This document shows positions 17,530 through 27,313 of a stretch of DNA of 64,000 nt, one piece after another. Position numbers and translations under genes: made by a program. Below the pieces are notes generated by a model. It had not been told where the DNA came from. It made no database searches and was given only the letters and a program-made list of their open reading frames with translations. The DNA lies in the IMG/VR virus record IMGVR_UViG_3300032315_001715, positions 310,001 to 374,000 of that record; one strand, given 5' to 3'. Position 1 is the stretch's first letter. Each line of letters starts with the position of its first letter.

Positions 17530-18286
17530 AGTTGTCGATTCGCCCCTTGAGATCGACATAGTCTTTTGATCTCATGACTTTGATATTTGGCCAGGATGAC
17601 CGAATGAGTAATCCGCAGCTTTTAAAGTAATAATATAAGGCTAATTCTGGAGGATAGTCTAGTTTGTTCGGATCGTTGTTTATGTAATCAGCTTCAATGA
17701 ATGGTAGATGATCATGAAATGCCGCTGCTTGATCATAAGTTGCACTGTCTGCCCAGAAAAATATGTCGCTGATCCTAAATGCATTCCATTCCTTCTCCCA
17801 AAATGGATGCGTGATATAAACCGTATTTGGTTGCGGTGGTTTGATATCAATGGGGATGGTGAAAAATAGATCGGATCGCATCCTTATCACCACGTCGTAC
17901 CGTGTATTGGTACTTATTTCGTGTTGCCTTTTTAGATGGGCACATTTCATTAGGCTGTTGAATTGATCCAATGACCAACAGCATATGGGATTTTTGACCT
18001 CATAAAATTCGCTAGGCACGGATAGCTTTGATTCAAACACGAATGATTTTGGTTTTAGTGTTTGTATTATTTCGGCTTTTTCTTCGTTTGTTAGTAACAC
18101 AGGATCAAATGATAATGCATGTCCATTTTGATTGCTGGTCCAAATCTGCCTTGGCATGGAGTTGTAGTCCCAAAAATGAAAGAAAACATCAATATTTGCA
18201 TTGAGATGGGACAGGTTATCAAACCAATTTTGATAACAGGTTTTCCACTGCCTAGCTTGACCACTTAAACATAGAGCTATTTTCAT
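17516..18286 (-). CDS. putative glycosyltransferase
   Basis: MKIALCLSGQAR, DVFFHFW, YDVVIRMRSDL, ISDIFFW; start moved to 18286. Confidence 0.65.
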   Translation of the reverse strand: MKIALCLSGQARQWKTCYQNWFDNLSHLNANIDVFFHFWDYNSMPRQIWTSNQNGHALSFDPVLLTNEEKAEIIQTLKPKSFVFESKLSVPSEFYEVKNPICCWSLDQFNSLMKCAHLKRQHEISTNTRYDVVIRMRSDLFFTIPIDIKPPQPNTVYITHPFWEKEWNAFRISDIFFWADSATYDQAAAFHDHLPFIEADYINNDPNKLDYPPELALYYYFKSCGLLIRSSWPNIKVMRSKDYVDLKGRIDNYEII

Positions 18287-19269
18287 CGGAAATTCTCCGT
18301 GTAATCGTCTAGTAATCCAGTTACGGTTGTTTGTAACATCGATTGATAGCCGGTTTGATCGATCTTTAACATTTCGTTGACGAGATTTGAGTTCTGATGG
18401 TAGTGGCCGGCAATGATGGTCTTCCATGCATTGTCAGCATCGGTGCTTGACAGCCATCGTTGCCATTTATCTCCGTTAATAACCTCGTTGGAAAATTGAT
18501 TCCATAGTTTCGACAGTTGATTACGACAACAATGTGTGTGTAGAACCCGGGTTTGCATGGCACCTAGTTGTGGAGCAATATTCATGGCATCAACTCCGGC
18601 CTTGGCCCTTGATCTTATTTGATCATTGGTTAGATAATCAGCGTTGTGTTCCTTGAATAGAAACCCACGCTCATGGACCATGTCTGTTAGTTTCTTAACA
18701 CGATCAACATCAAATGTCCCGACCTGCTTATCCTTAACAAGGCTACCGGTCTGTGCGACCACAAATCGGATATTGTTCCGGTATGGTTCTAGTAGATCAA
18801 GGTCCTTGGATAGGGTCTCGTCGATGCATGCTTCTCCGATGTTTTCTTCTGAACCGTATTCAAGCATCATGTGTGGTGCTTGCTTGAGAATGTGTTCTAT
18901 CAAGGATATTGCGGTTCGTTCTCTCTGATACAGAACCTTGCTTGGATCCACATGTATGAGATCTATTCCGTTATCAATGTCAGTATCAATGGTTCTCATG
19001 ACTTGGGCAATGGCTGCGGCCTGATCCAACCCTTGATCAGCATTCTTGAAATATGGTCCGCAGTGATCTCTGCATACCAGCACATTTGCTCCTGAGCTGC
19101 GAACCCTATTGATTAGTTCAGCTGTAGTACAAACATACCCGCCCTGATAATCTACCTGATTCCTGGACGCAACCATCATAAATGGTTGATCTTTCAATTT
19201 GGAATAATCACAGATGATGTCGATGAGATCTAGGCTCATCGGACCAAGTCCCAGCTTAGGTAGTTCCAT
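18283..19269 (-). CDS. GatZ/KbaZ-like (tagatose-bisphosphate aldolase-associated) TIM-barrel protein
   Basis: ASRNQVD, CRDHCGPY, IHVDPS, EYGSEE, KEHNADYL, NIAPQLG. Confidence 0.7.
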   Translation of the reverse strand: MELPKLGLGPMSLDLIDIICDYSKLKDQPFMMVASRNQVDYQGGYVCTTAELINRVRSSGANVLVCRDHCGPYFKNADQGLDQAAAIAQVMRTIDTDIDNGIDLIHVDPSKVLYQRERTAISLIEHILKQAPHMMLEYGSEENIGEACIDETLSKDLDLLEPYRNNIRFVVAQTGSLVKDKQVGTFDVDRVKKLTDMVHERGFLFKEHNADYLTNDQIRSRAKAGVDAMNIAPQLGAMQTRVLHTHCCRNQLSKLWNQFSNEVINGDKWQRWLSSTDADNAWKTIIAGHYHQNSNLVNEMLKIDQTGYQSMLQTTVTGLLDDYTENFR

Positions 19270-19996
19270 GGGTAAGTTCCTTCTCTAGCCTATCAAATTC
19301 GTTTGGATCGATTGATATACCGGTATAGATATTAAATTGTCGTATGAACTGATATTTATAAAAGATTAATCCTCCAACATAATCAGTACCGGTTGTTAAA
19401 CACTGATTGGCTAGGGATCCGGGCTTGGTGGCAAGATCTATGACCAATCTGGATCCTGGTATCATTTCTAATGGCGACTCTGGGATAGATGTACCGGCAG
19501 CGGTTGCATTTATGATCACATCGGCCGGTTGGTGTCTTTCTTCCCAGTTACCCAAGGATCTAGAAAACATGGTTGCTCGGCCATTAATCATCCGATGTAT
19601 CATTGATCCTATGGATCCGTTACCTAGTATGGTTACTCGATCATTGTCATTAATCATCGAAAGAACATGCTCAGCTCCGGCGAGATCAGCGTTGTATCCA
19701 ATTAATTTCCCGTTATCAACTAACACGGTATTGCAAGTATTGTGCTGCTTGACAGAATCGTCGACCTTGTTAAGCAAGGGTATTATCGTTTTCTTGAACG
19801 GCATGCTGATGCTGATACCGCACAGATGTCCCTGTGCAATCTCGGTGTTAATGGTGGACTGTAGATCTACACACGCAAGGGCGGTGTAATGATGTCCTGT
19901 CAGTTGGAAGTCATTGAAAAACCTGTTGTAAAAATAAGTTCCGGTTTTTCCTGGATGGGATGCTAGACTAATGAATCTATGCATTTGACAGTTCAC
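19256..19996 (-). CDS. shikimate dehydrogenase-like oxidoreductase
   Basis: ISISMPFK, CNTV, GYNAD, ILGNGSIG, IINATAAG. Confidence 0.75.
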   Translation of the reverse strand: MNCQMHRFISLASHPGKTGTYFYNRFFNDFQLTGHHYTALACVDLQSTINTEIAQGHLCGISISMPFKKTIIPLLNKVDDSVKQHNTCNTVLVDNGKLIGYNADLAGAEHVLSMINDNDRVTILGNGSIGSMIHRMINGRATMFSRSLGNWEERHQPADVIINATAAGTSIPESPLEMIPGSRLVIDLATKPGSLANQCLTTGTDYVGGLIFYKYQFIRQFNIYTGISIDPNEFDRLEKELTHGTT

Positions 19997-21509
19997 TGAA
20001 TAACTTTAGACCTAGGCACCATAGCAGATCGTTAAATGGCGGGGCATGCAACGGTGCCATGTTCCAGAAAATCAACGGCACCAACTGTTCAACTTTTTTG
20101 GTATCCATGCCCATATCTGATGTAAAAGCTAGAATGGTATCCCTGGCATTCTCAATATCAACACTTGGGACGGTGAGTTCGTAGTTGCCTTTTCCGTCAT
20201 TGGTAACTGAAAATTCGTTCTTTTTGATTTTCGAATAATCAATGATGCAGCCGCCTAACAGCTTGGATAGGTCATAATAGATATCACCGGCAAAGCTTTC
20301 CTGTCCGAAGCGTGGACGCCAGTCGATCGCACGCAATCCGCCGTCTGGTTTGACTATTATGTTATCAAACTGTAGATCGCCGTGTATCCATGCGGGTCGA
20401 TTTTCCGTAGCGAGATATTCCCAATTTATCGAGCTGAGATAGTCGCTCCAATTACCAACTACCACACCATTGACGCTTTTCGCGTGTAGCACCGGCCTGT
20501 GTTCGTTAACAAATACCAGTATTCGATCCCTGGATTTAGTTCGATAGAATTCCATGCAAGAATCTCGAAAGTTACCGGTCGGTACGGATTTCCACACGTC
20601 GGTCTTGAGCCACGTGAGCACGCGAGGTAACAGGTCCGGCGACATTGAGTGATACGCGGTGTCGCCGTCGATCTTATCATACACCAACATCTGATCAACG
20701 AATTCGACGTTTTGTGGTACCACAGTATCTCCGATCTTTTCGGCACGGATTTTCCGCTGCTTCATGTGTTCCCAGATTGCAGCCCATTTCAATACCTTAC
20801 CGTTGACCATCCATATCATTTCATCCTTCTTGGTGAAATCATAGGGTTCTGATTTTCTCACGGCTGTAAGATAGTCATCTCTGTTCCCCATGTCAATCCA
20901 GCTTTTCAGCGGATGCAGCTCGCCGCCAGTGTTCAACGAATCTATGAATTCCGTGGATTCAGTTTTGATCAATCGATCGAAAAACCCTCGATGATCGGCA
21001 ATGTACATCAATCCGGTAAATGCGGTCCAGTCCTCATTTTGCGTCTGCTTAAAGGATATTTCCAGTTTGTGGTTTGATTTCCTAAACATGGTGTATAGGT
21101 CTGATCGATCTGTTGGGACCAATTTGGTAAAATAGGTATCCTTGGATAATTGACCGATCGGTAAGCTGTCATTGAAATACGTGTCACATGCAACATACCA
21201 GAACGGACTGGCAATGCTGGCTTGGCACTCGCGCAAGGTGTGTGCGGTACCTGCACTTGCTCCCTTGTAATTTTCGATCTCAACAAATTCAATGGAACGA
21301 TCCTGATACATGGCTTGGATCAGAGATTTCACTTGCCAGTTATAGTGACCAATGGGTATTATGAACCTGGTATCGTGCGGAAACGCATCAATGATATGTG
21401 CAATGATTGGCTTACCGAGATATGGTAGCATGCATTTGTGCATGCGATCAACGAGATTGCCCATCCTAGATCCCGTACCAGCAGTTGGTATGACAACGGT
21501 TTCAGGCAT
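19977..21509 (-). CDS. nucleotidyltransferase fused to aminoglycoside/choline-kinase-like domain
   Basis: VIPTAGTGSRMG...KCMLP N-domain; IHGDLQFDNI and IDWR kinase motifs. Confidence 0.85.
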   Translation of the reverse strand: MPETVVIPTAGTGSRMGNLVDRMHKCMLPYLGKPIIAHIIDAFPHDTRFIIPIGHYNWQVKSLIQAMYQDRSIEFVEIENYKGASAGTAHTLRECQASIASPFWYVACDTYFNDSLPIGQLSKDTYFTKLVPTDRSDLYTMFRKSNHKLEISFKQTQNEDWTAFTGLMYIADHRGFFDRLIKTESTEFIDSLNTGGELHPLKSWIDMGNRDDYLTAVRKSEPYDFTKKDEMIWMVNGKVLKWAAIWEHMKQRKIRAEKIGDTVVPQNVEFVDQMLVYDKIDGDTAYHSMSPDLLPRVLTWLKTDVWKSVPTGNFRDSCMEFYRTKSRDRILVFVNEHRPVLHAKSVNGVVVGNWSDYLSSINWEYLATENRPAWIHGDLQFDNIIVKPDGGLRAIDWRPRFGQESFAGDIYYDLSKLLGGCIIDYSKIKKNEFSVTNDGKGNYELTVPSVDIENARDTILAFTSDMGMDTKKVEQLVPLIFWNMAPLHAPPFNDLLWCLGLKLFSELSNA

Positions 21510-21942
21510 GTTCAGATGCGATCCGCCCATTACCTCGCCGAGAATCATCTTGCAGCCTGATCACATCGTCTAGCTCTGGTGTGCTGGCCTCGATAAATAC
21601 CAAGTCGCTAATAGCAATAACCCGATGTATGGTGCCCGGATTGATGTCGAAGCTCATGCCTGGTTTGAGATCATGTGCGGTAACATCTTCTAGATACCAT
21701 TCGAGGGTTTCAGCAGTTAGCCGGCCTCCGAGGTAATCGTTGATCGGAAATGGACGATTTCCTAAAATTAGAATACCTTCTCCACTTAGCACATAGTTGG
21801 TTTCTTTCTTCTGTTGATGCACTTGCAAGCTCGATCGATGACCAGCGGTGAACAGTATTTTCTTAAGGGCGTATGGCATTCTAATACCGTCGGAGATCCA
21901 TTCCTCTTGTCCCCATGGTTTTGAAACTATCTTCGGTGTCAT
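21502..21942 (-). CDS. cupin-domain protein
   Basis: KPWGQE, SLQVHQQKKET, HRVIA, EASTPELDDVIRLQD. Confidence 0.85.
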   Translation of the reverse strand: MTPKIVSKPWGQEEWISDGIRMPYALKKILFTAGHRSSLQVHQQKKETNYVLSGEGILILGNRPFPINDYLGGRLTAETLEWYLEDVTAHDLKPGMSFDINPGTIHRVIAISDLVFIEASTPELDDVIRLQDDSRRGNGRIASEHA

Positions 21943-22742
21943 GACTGGATTACCTCATTTTTTGTTGTGAGCACAGGTTCGTATATCCTTAGGTATGCTT
22001 GATGCAAATATGTAGCCCAAGTTTGGTGACCTTTTATCATGGGATGATGGCATTGGCTCAGCGGTATGTTGTTATCGACACAAAATTTTAACATGCTGGA
22101 ATTTTCGTGCATATCAACAAATCTAGCATCATTTAGATATGCAAATTCCGTGGGAAATTCTTTCAAATGGTCTATACTGCTATTCGGAAAACACATGCCA
22201 CCGATGCTATTGAAAAATAAGAATTTAATTTGAAGATTTTCCAGAATATTAGCCATTACATAGACGTTTTGCAAATGTTTTCTGATGCATTCTCGTTCAT
22301 CAGTTAGATACTGATTTTTGATGTTCTGATACAGATCCAACTGGTTTTTAAGAAAGGATGGAAAGGAATTAGCAGCCCACTGATTTGAAAATTTTTGCCA
22401 AGTATTCATGTTACACCAGTTTCTGGTGTTTCGATATGACACAAATACCTCATCTCGTTCAATCGATGTCCATCCCAATACCACCAATAGTTCGTGTCGT
22501 TGATCGGTTGGCCAGTTGCGAATAAATTCGATGGTTCGCCGCATCATCCGTGTGTTGCTGCCGCCTCCATATCCGTCATTAACATGATCGGCATTCATCA
22601 GGGCGGCCAGTCGTTGTGGCCACGACAACAGCCGCTGCACATTTTCTACCTTATCAGGTGATGATGCGGCGATCATCGGGTCCGATTCGATGCCATTACC
22701 CGCCGTCCAGCTGCAACCATTTGCATAGATAAACTTGATCAT
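21939..22742 (-). CDS. SGNH-like protein
   Basis: YANGCSWTAG, GGSN, LGWTSIER, HHPMIKGH..WA. Confidence 0.6.
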   Translation of the reverse strand: MIKFIYANGCSWTAGNGIESDPMIAASSPDKVENVQRLLSWPQRLAALMNADHVNDGYGGGSNTRMMRRTIEFIRNWPTDQRHELLVVLGWTSIERDEVFVSYRNTRNWCNMNTWQKFSNQWAANSFPSFLKNQLDLYQNIKNQYLTDERECIRKHLQNVYVMANILENLQIKFLFFNSIGGMCFPNSSIDHLKEFPTEFAYLNDARFVDMHENSSMLKFCVDNNIPLSQCHHPMIKGHQTWATYLHQAYLRIYEPVLTTKNEVIQS

Positions 22743-22756
22743 CGGAGCAACTTGTA

Positions 22757-24151
22757 TTATTTCACAACAATGGTTTTGCAAAGTTGATAAAATTGCGCAA
22801 GCTCGGGGAATGTACTGATGAAGTTGGTACCTCTCCTCTTGTCGTGCTCATCAACAAATACTGCAAAGTCTCTTCTAGCGGCATTGATGCTGATGTTTTC
22901 ATTTCGATGGGGCGGAGCCTTGGTAAAGTTTATTAGCCGCTCGAGGTGTAGGATTTCATAGTGCATGAAATGTCCGGCCTTGGAAGTATCAGTGTTGGCC
23001 TTCATGAACTCCATTGCAGGATCAAGATCATTTTTATGCTCGTTGGTTAATATCGAAAGGCACTGATGATGTGGGTATCGCAGGATGGATATGTCGAGGC
23101 TTAGTCTGGTAGTACCATGCTTGGCCTTCAACCCCAGCAGATCAGATAACAGCGTGGTATATGTGGTGATGCTAAACACGTTGGCGGTGCTCATTATGGT
23201 CACGCGACAATCTGGTATTTCGGTTAAAAATTGATCTATCGTTGCGTACCATCTCTTATAATCAAGACCAAACCTTCCATATTCTGCTGCCGCTCCGGCA
23301 GCATCGACGCTGGTAAACAGATTAAAGCTCTTGATCTTTTTTTCGACTATTAGATGCTTCACCTTCTCCATGAATGGGTTAAGCTTTGAATCCGGTACAC
23401 ATGCATTGGTGTTTACAGCAAGCTCGAGCTGTGGTTGTGGACGTTCACTTAGGAAATCCAACACCTTGAAAGTATCATTGGCCAGCAGCGGCTCACCACC
23501 TGTTATGCGGAAGATTCGCAAATCCTTGACCAATGAGGGCCACCAATCCCAGAACGCTTCAACATAGGGATTATGCTCCTTGTGATGTATCGGCATTTCC
23601 TTGTTAGCTCGATACCACTCGAGATTATTAAATTTGCCGGAAGTTGGATACGGTCCGTGGTGTTCTATTTCTTCGGTCCAACGGCTTGAATAGACCGGAG
23701 AACAATACGAACACTTGAAATTGCAAATGTTGCTGAAGCTTACTTCTACATATGATGGGTTGATGTTACGCTCGGGAACATTATTGACGATTTCTCCCAT
23801 GCGATCGGCGCTCCATGGAGCAGCTGACTTGGCTACGCGATCGGAAAAGAATTCGTCCTTGTCGTAGTTTGGTAGATCCTCGACATTCCAGCAATACTGG
23901 CATTCGGTCGGTCTTTTGCCGTCGATCATGTCTTTTCTTTGCTGTTTTTTGAACTGTGTGTTGTGCAGGGCAGATGGGTCCTTTGCAAGCTCGTCAAGTG
24001 GTACCAGATGTGTTCTCGGGTGGTGGCAGCTATGGGTCCGTCCATTGTGGAGATGAAGGGTTACTTGGGTCCATTTTGCCGCACAAAAGCTAGGGCTCAC
24101 GTTGTTTAAGTCCTTCTTAACCTCTGCATATGCATCTTTTGGGTCTCTCAT
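22757..24151 (-). CDS. radical SAM protein with N-terminal Cys-rich (twitch-like) domain
   Basis: FCAAKW...SCHHP...CQYCW; CNFKCSYC; ITGGEP. Confidence 0.85.
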   Translation of the reverse strand: MRDPKDAYAEVKKDLNNVSPSFCAAKWTQVTLHLHNGRTHSCHHPRTHLVPLDELAKDPSALHNTQFKKQQRKDMIDGKRPTECQYCWNVEDLPNYDKDEFFSDRVAKSAAPWSADRMGEIVNNVPERNINPSYVEVSFSNICNFKCSYCSPVYSSRWTEEIEHHGPYPTSGKFNNLEWYRANKEMPIHHKEHNPYVEAFWDWWPSLVKDLRIFRITGGEPLLANDTFKVLDFLSERPQPQLELAVNTNACVPDSKLNPFMEKVKHLIVEKKIKSFNLFTSVDAAGAAAEYGRFGLDYKRWYATIDQFLTEIPDCRVTIMSTANVFSITTYTTLLSDLLGLKAKHGTTRLSLDISILRYPHHQCLSILTNEHKNDLDPAMEFMKANTDTSKAGHFMHYEILHLERLINFTKAPPHRNENISINAARRDFAVFVDEHDKRRGTNFISTFPELAQFYQLCKTIVVK

Positions 24152-24282
24152 GGATTTCTTACCTGTTCAATAAATTTAGTATATGATACTGGCCTAGACG
24201 GACGATCGTCAATGTTCCTCTGATTGACCATCCGTAATGATCAACGTTAACATGCTTTTAACGTCTAGGAGCGCAGAATGAT

Positions 24283-25776
24283 ATGATCGTTTGGGGAACA
24301 AGCTTTGGTAGCCATGATGCTGCACTATCGGTGATAGACCTGGCGACGGATCGTATCGTTTTTGCCAGCCACTCCGAAAGATTTTCCGGCCGAAAGGACG
24401 ATCCTAATCTTTGCCAGGAGTTAATTGATCACGCGGTGACTTCCTACGGACTGCCGCACAAGATATTTTATTATGAGAATCCGTGGAAAAAGAAGCTGCG
24501 ATATCTAGCAAGCGGCCAAATTAGGCATATTTTTGAAGATAGTCCAAAAACCAGCATGGTTAAGCTCGGTATTGATGCACCGATACATTATGTTGATCAT
24601 CATCATAGCCATGCTGCTGCTGGTTATTACACATCTGGATATAGCAACGCAACGATCGTTGTGGTTGATGCTATCGGTGAGCTAGCAACACTAACCATTT
24701 GGGACGGTGTTGGCACGACACTAACCTGCCGATATCAACAGGATTATCCCCATAGCTTGGGCCTGTTTTACAGTGCCATGACCGAGGCAGCGGGATTCAA
24801 ACCGGTCGGTGAGGAATACATTTTCATGGGTAAAGCTGCCTATGGAGATCCGTCAGTGATGTCTGATTTTTTGCAGGAAAATTTCCTTGATTTTGATAAT
24901 AATCGGCGTATCGTTGGACTTCGACACAACTTACATGCAGGTGCGAGACATCTGCTACCAACCGATATTTCTCCTGAGGATCTGGCTGCAGGTGCCCAGC
25001 ATGTTTACGAGCTAGCGTTGCATCGAGCATTAACATGGGCATGGCAGAATCTATCCAGCTCTAACTTGGTCCTCATGGGAGGGTGTGCCTTAAACTGCGT
25101 AGCCAATACAAATATTTCCAAGTGGCACGGTTGGCGCAATGTTTGGATCATGCCGAATCCCGGCGATGCCGGCAGTGCGATTGGTGCGGTGTTAGCCCGT
25201 ACCAGACGTTCGATCATCTGGGATGGCCCGTATCTAGGGTACGAAATCACCGGGGATTATCCGATAAAATCCGCATTGTCAGCATTGAATACCGGTGGTA
25301 TTGCCGCCGTGGCCAATGGCCGCGCTGAATTTGGTCCCCGAGCACTGGGAAATCGCAGCATTCTCGCTGATCCACGGATACCTGACATTAAATTGCAAAT
25401 GAATTGGTTGAAAAAGAGAGACCAGTTTAGGCCATTTGCGGCAGCCATACCAGAACATCTAGCCCACGAATACTTTGTAATCCCCCAGAACACATCAAGT
25501 CCATACATGCAATATGTGTTCGAGGCCAAGGATCGATCCAGGTTTCCTGGAATGGTGCATGTTGATGGCACTTCGAGGATACAAACCGTTAATCATCAAC
25601 AACATCCGAAATTTTATCAGCTATTGATGGAATGGTATAATGAAACCGGTTGTCCGATGTTGATCAATACCAGCTTAAACATCAAGAATCAGCCGTTGGT
25701 CAACACGGAGCAACATGCCCAAGATTTCGGCCTAAAATACGGTATCCCTGTATTAACCAGGGATATATCGGTATAA
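24283..25776 (+). CDS. carbamoyltransferase (NodU/CmcH family)
   Basis: HDAA, HHHSHAA, VVDAIGE, GGCALNC, EFGPRALGNRS, FRPFA, NTSLN. Confidence 0.93.
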   Translation: MIVWGTSFGSHDAALSVIDLATDRIVFASHSERFSGRKDDPNLCQELIDHAVTSYGLPHKIFYYENPWKKKLRYLASGQIRHIFEDSPKTSMVKLGIDAPIHYVDHHHSHAAAGYYTSGYSNATIVVVDAIGELATLTIWDGVGTTLTCRYQQDYPHSLGLFYSAMTEAAGFKPVGEEYIFMGKAAYGDPSVMSDFLQENFLDFDNNRRIVGLRHNLHAGARHLLPTDISPEDLAAGAQHVYELALHRALTWAWQNLSSSNLVLMGGCALNCVANTNISKWHGWRNVWIMPNPGDAGSAIGAVLARTRRSIIWDGPYLGYEITGDYPIKSALSALNTGGIAAVANGRAEFGPRALGNRSILADPRIPDIKLQMNWLKKRDQFRPFAAAIPEHLAHEYFVIPQNTSSPYMQYVFEAKDRSRFPGMVHVDGTSRIQTVNHQQHPKFYQLLMEWYNETGCPMLINTSLNIKNQPLVNTEQHAQDFGLKYGIPVLTRDISV

Positions 25777-25808
25777 ATACCACGTTAATCCAAAAGGAGG
25801 ATATAATA

Positions 25809-25997
25809 ATGAGCGTTCATGATCAAATTGTTGCGCATTTCAATGCGTATCTATCAGAGCATACCAAGTTTGAAGACAAGGGTGTAAAGGCATCTGCTGC
25901 GCGGGCTCGCAAGGCCCTCGGTGAGATTGGCAAGCTTTCCAAGGCACGCCGTGCTGAAATCCAGGAATCCAAGAATTCTGCTGCTCCAAAGGAGTAA
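25809..25997 (+). CDS. small basic histone H1-like (Hc1-type) protein
   Basis: KGVKASAARARKALGEIGKLSKARRAEIQE; TATAAATA and AGGAGG upstream. Confidence 0.7.
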   Translation: MSVHDQIVAHFNAYLSEHTKFEDKGVKASAARARKALGEIGKLSKARRAEIQESKNSAAPKE

Positions 25998-26000
25998 TCG

Positions 26001-26645
26001 ATGCTGGATACAATCTGTGACGTCTTAAAGGCCTCATATTCCCGTGGATGGATAACCACCAGAGACGGCAATGCTAGCCTGCGACGTCGCAGCCAGCCGT
26101 GGATGTATGTAACTCCGACTGGTGCGCGAAAGCAATCGCTCACCAGCGAGCAGATGCTCAAGTTACAATTCCCTGATTCTGACGACGGGCTAGAACAGCC
26201 GTGGGAACACATGTCCCGGGTCGACGACGAATATCAGCGTAAGATCGTCGGTCTTAATCCGACCGGGGAATTACCATTCCATTATTTGTTGCAAAGCAAG
26301 CTGTCGACCAGCAACCGAGTGGTGGTTCATTTGCATTGTACCTACACCGTAGCTGCTATAAGACGCGGGATTGATCTACAAAACCTGCGCAATGACTTTC
26401 CCGAGCTCAACGGCTTGACCCGTGTTGGTCCAAATGTTCCGTTTTTGGATGCTAGGACCGAAAATCTCGGTAGATCCGTTTACCGTGCGTTTTCGCCGGA
26501 TGAGAACGGCAAGCTAAAATACGACATCGTGGGCGTTGTCGGGCATGGTGTTGTTGCGGTTGATATTGATCCGTGGCGGGCCTTTGAGCACGCAGAACGC
26601 CTGGAGCATATATCTCAGATAGTGTTAGCGTCCGGCGTTTGGTAA
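26001..26645 (+). CDS. class II aldolase/adducin family protein
   Basis: DGNAS, TPTG, PTGELPFH, HLH, GHGVVA. Confidence 0.85.
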   Translation: MLDTICDVLKASYSRGWITTRDGNASLRRRSQPWMYVTPTGARKQSLTSEQMLKLQFPDSDDGLEQPWEHMSRVDDEYQRKIVGLNPTGELPFHYLLQSKLSTSNRVVVHLHCTYTVAAIRRGIDLQNLRNDFPELNGLTRVGPNVPFLDARTENLGRSVYRAFSPDENGKLKYDIVGVVGHGVVAVDIDPWRAFEHAERLEHISQIVLASGVW

Positions 26646-26654
26646 ACTCCGGTC

Positions 26655-26682
26655 TTGACAACGACAATCAATCTGCTATATT
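26655..26682 (+). promoter_or_regulatory. sigma70-type promoter
   Basis: TTGACA-N16-TATATT upstream of phosphoesterase-rpoD. Confidence 0.7.
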
Positions 26683-26734
26683 TCCCTAGCTCTCAGACCA
26701 ACTCTCTGGATTTCACGGGGACCGATCAAACAAC

Positions 26735-27313
26735 ATGGTAAACATTTTTCTCGTCAGCGACACTCACTTCGGTCATAAGAACATCTGTCTGTTCAACGGA
26801 CCGGACGGAAGTCCACTGCGTCCATGGGATGATCCCGATGAGATGGACGAGGCCATGGTCGAAAGATGGAACGGTGTGGTTAAACCAAATGACGTGGTTT
26901 ATCACCTCGGTGACGTGGTGATGAACCGCCGATGTCTTGCTACCGTTGCCCGGCTCAACGGAGACAAACGGCTAATACTCGGTAATCACGATATTTTTGA
27001 TCACAGCGACTATCTCGTGCATTTCAAACGGTTGCACGGTAGTTACAAGCTGGACAACTTCCTGCTAACCCATATACCGGTGCATATTGACTCAGTTGCC
27101 CATTGGACTGAATGTAACATCCACGGGCATGTACATGCCCACGATATTCCCAGTGGCAAGTATTTCAACGTCAGCGTGGAAATGATCGGCTACACGCCGA
27201 TTAGCCTTGAGGATGCTAGGGTTCGAATCAGGGAAAAGCAGGAAAAATATAAGGTTGACATGCAGCAGAATGATGCTAATTTGCCAATTGAAAATAGGAG
27301 AACTGCCGAGTGA
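26735..27313 (+). CDS. calcineurin-like metallophosphoesterase
   Basis: SDTHFGH, LGD, GNHD, THIP, HGHVH. Confidence 0.9.
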   Translation: MVNIFLVSDTHFGHKNICLFNGPDGSPLRPWDDPDEMDEAMVERWNGVVKPNDVVYHLGDVVMNRRCLATVARLNGDKRLILGNHDIFDHSDYLVHFKRLHGSYKLDNFLLTHIPVHIDSVAHWTECNIHGHVHAHDIPSGKYFNVSVEMIGYTPISLEDARVRIREKQEKYKVDMQQNDANLPIENRRTAE

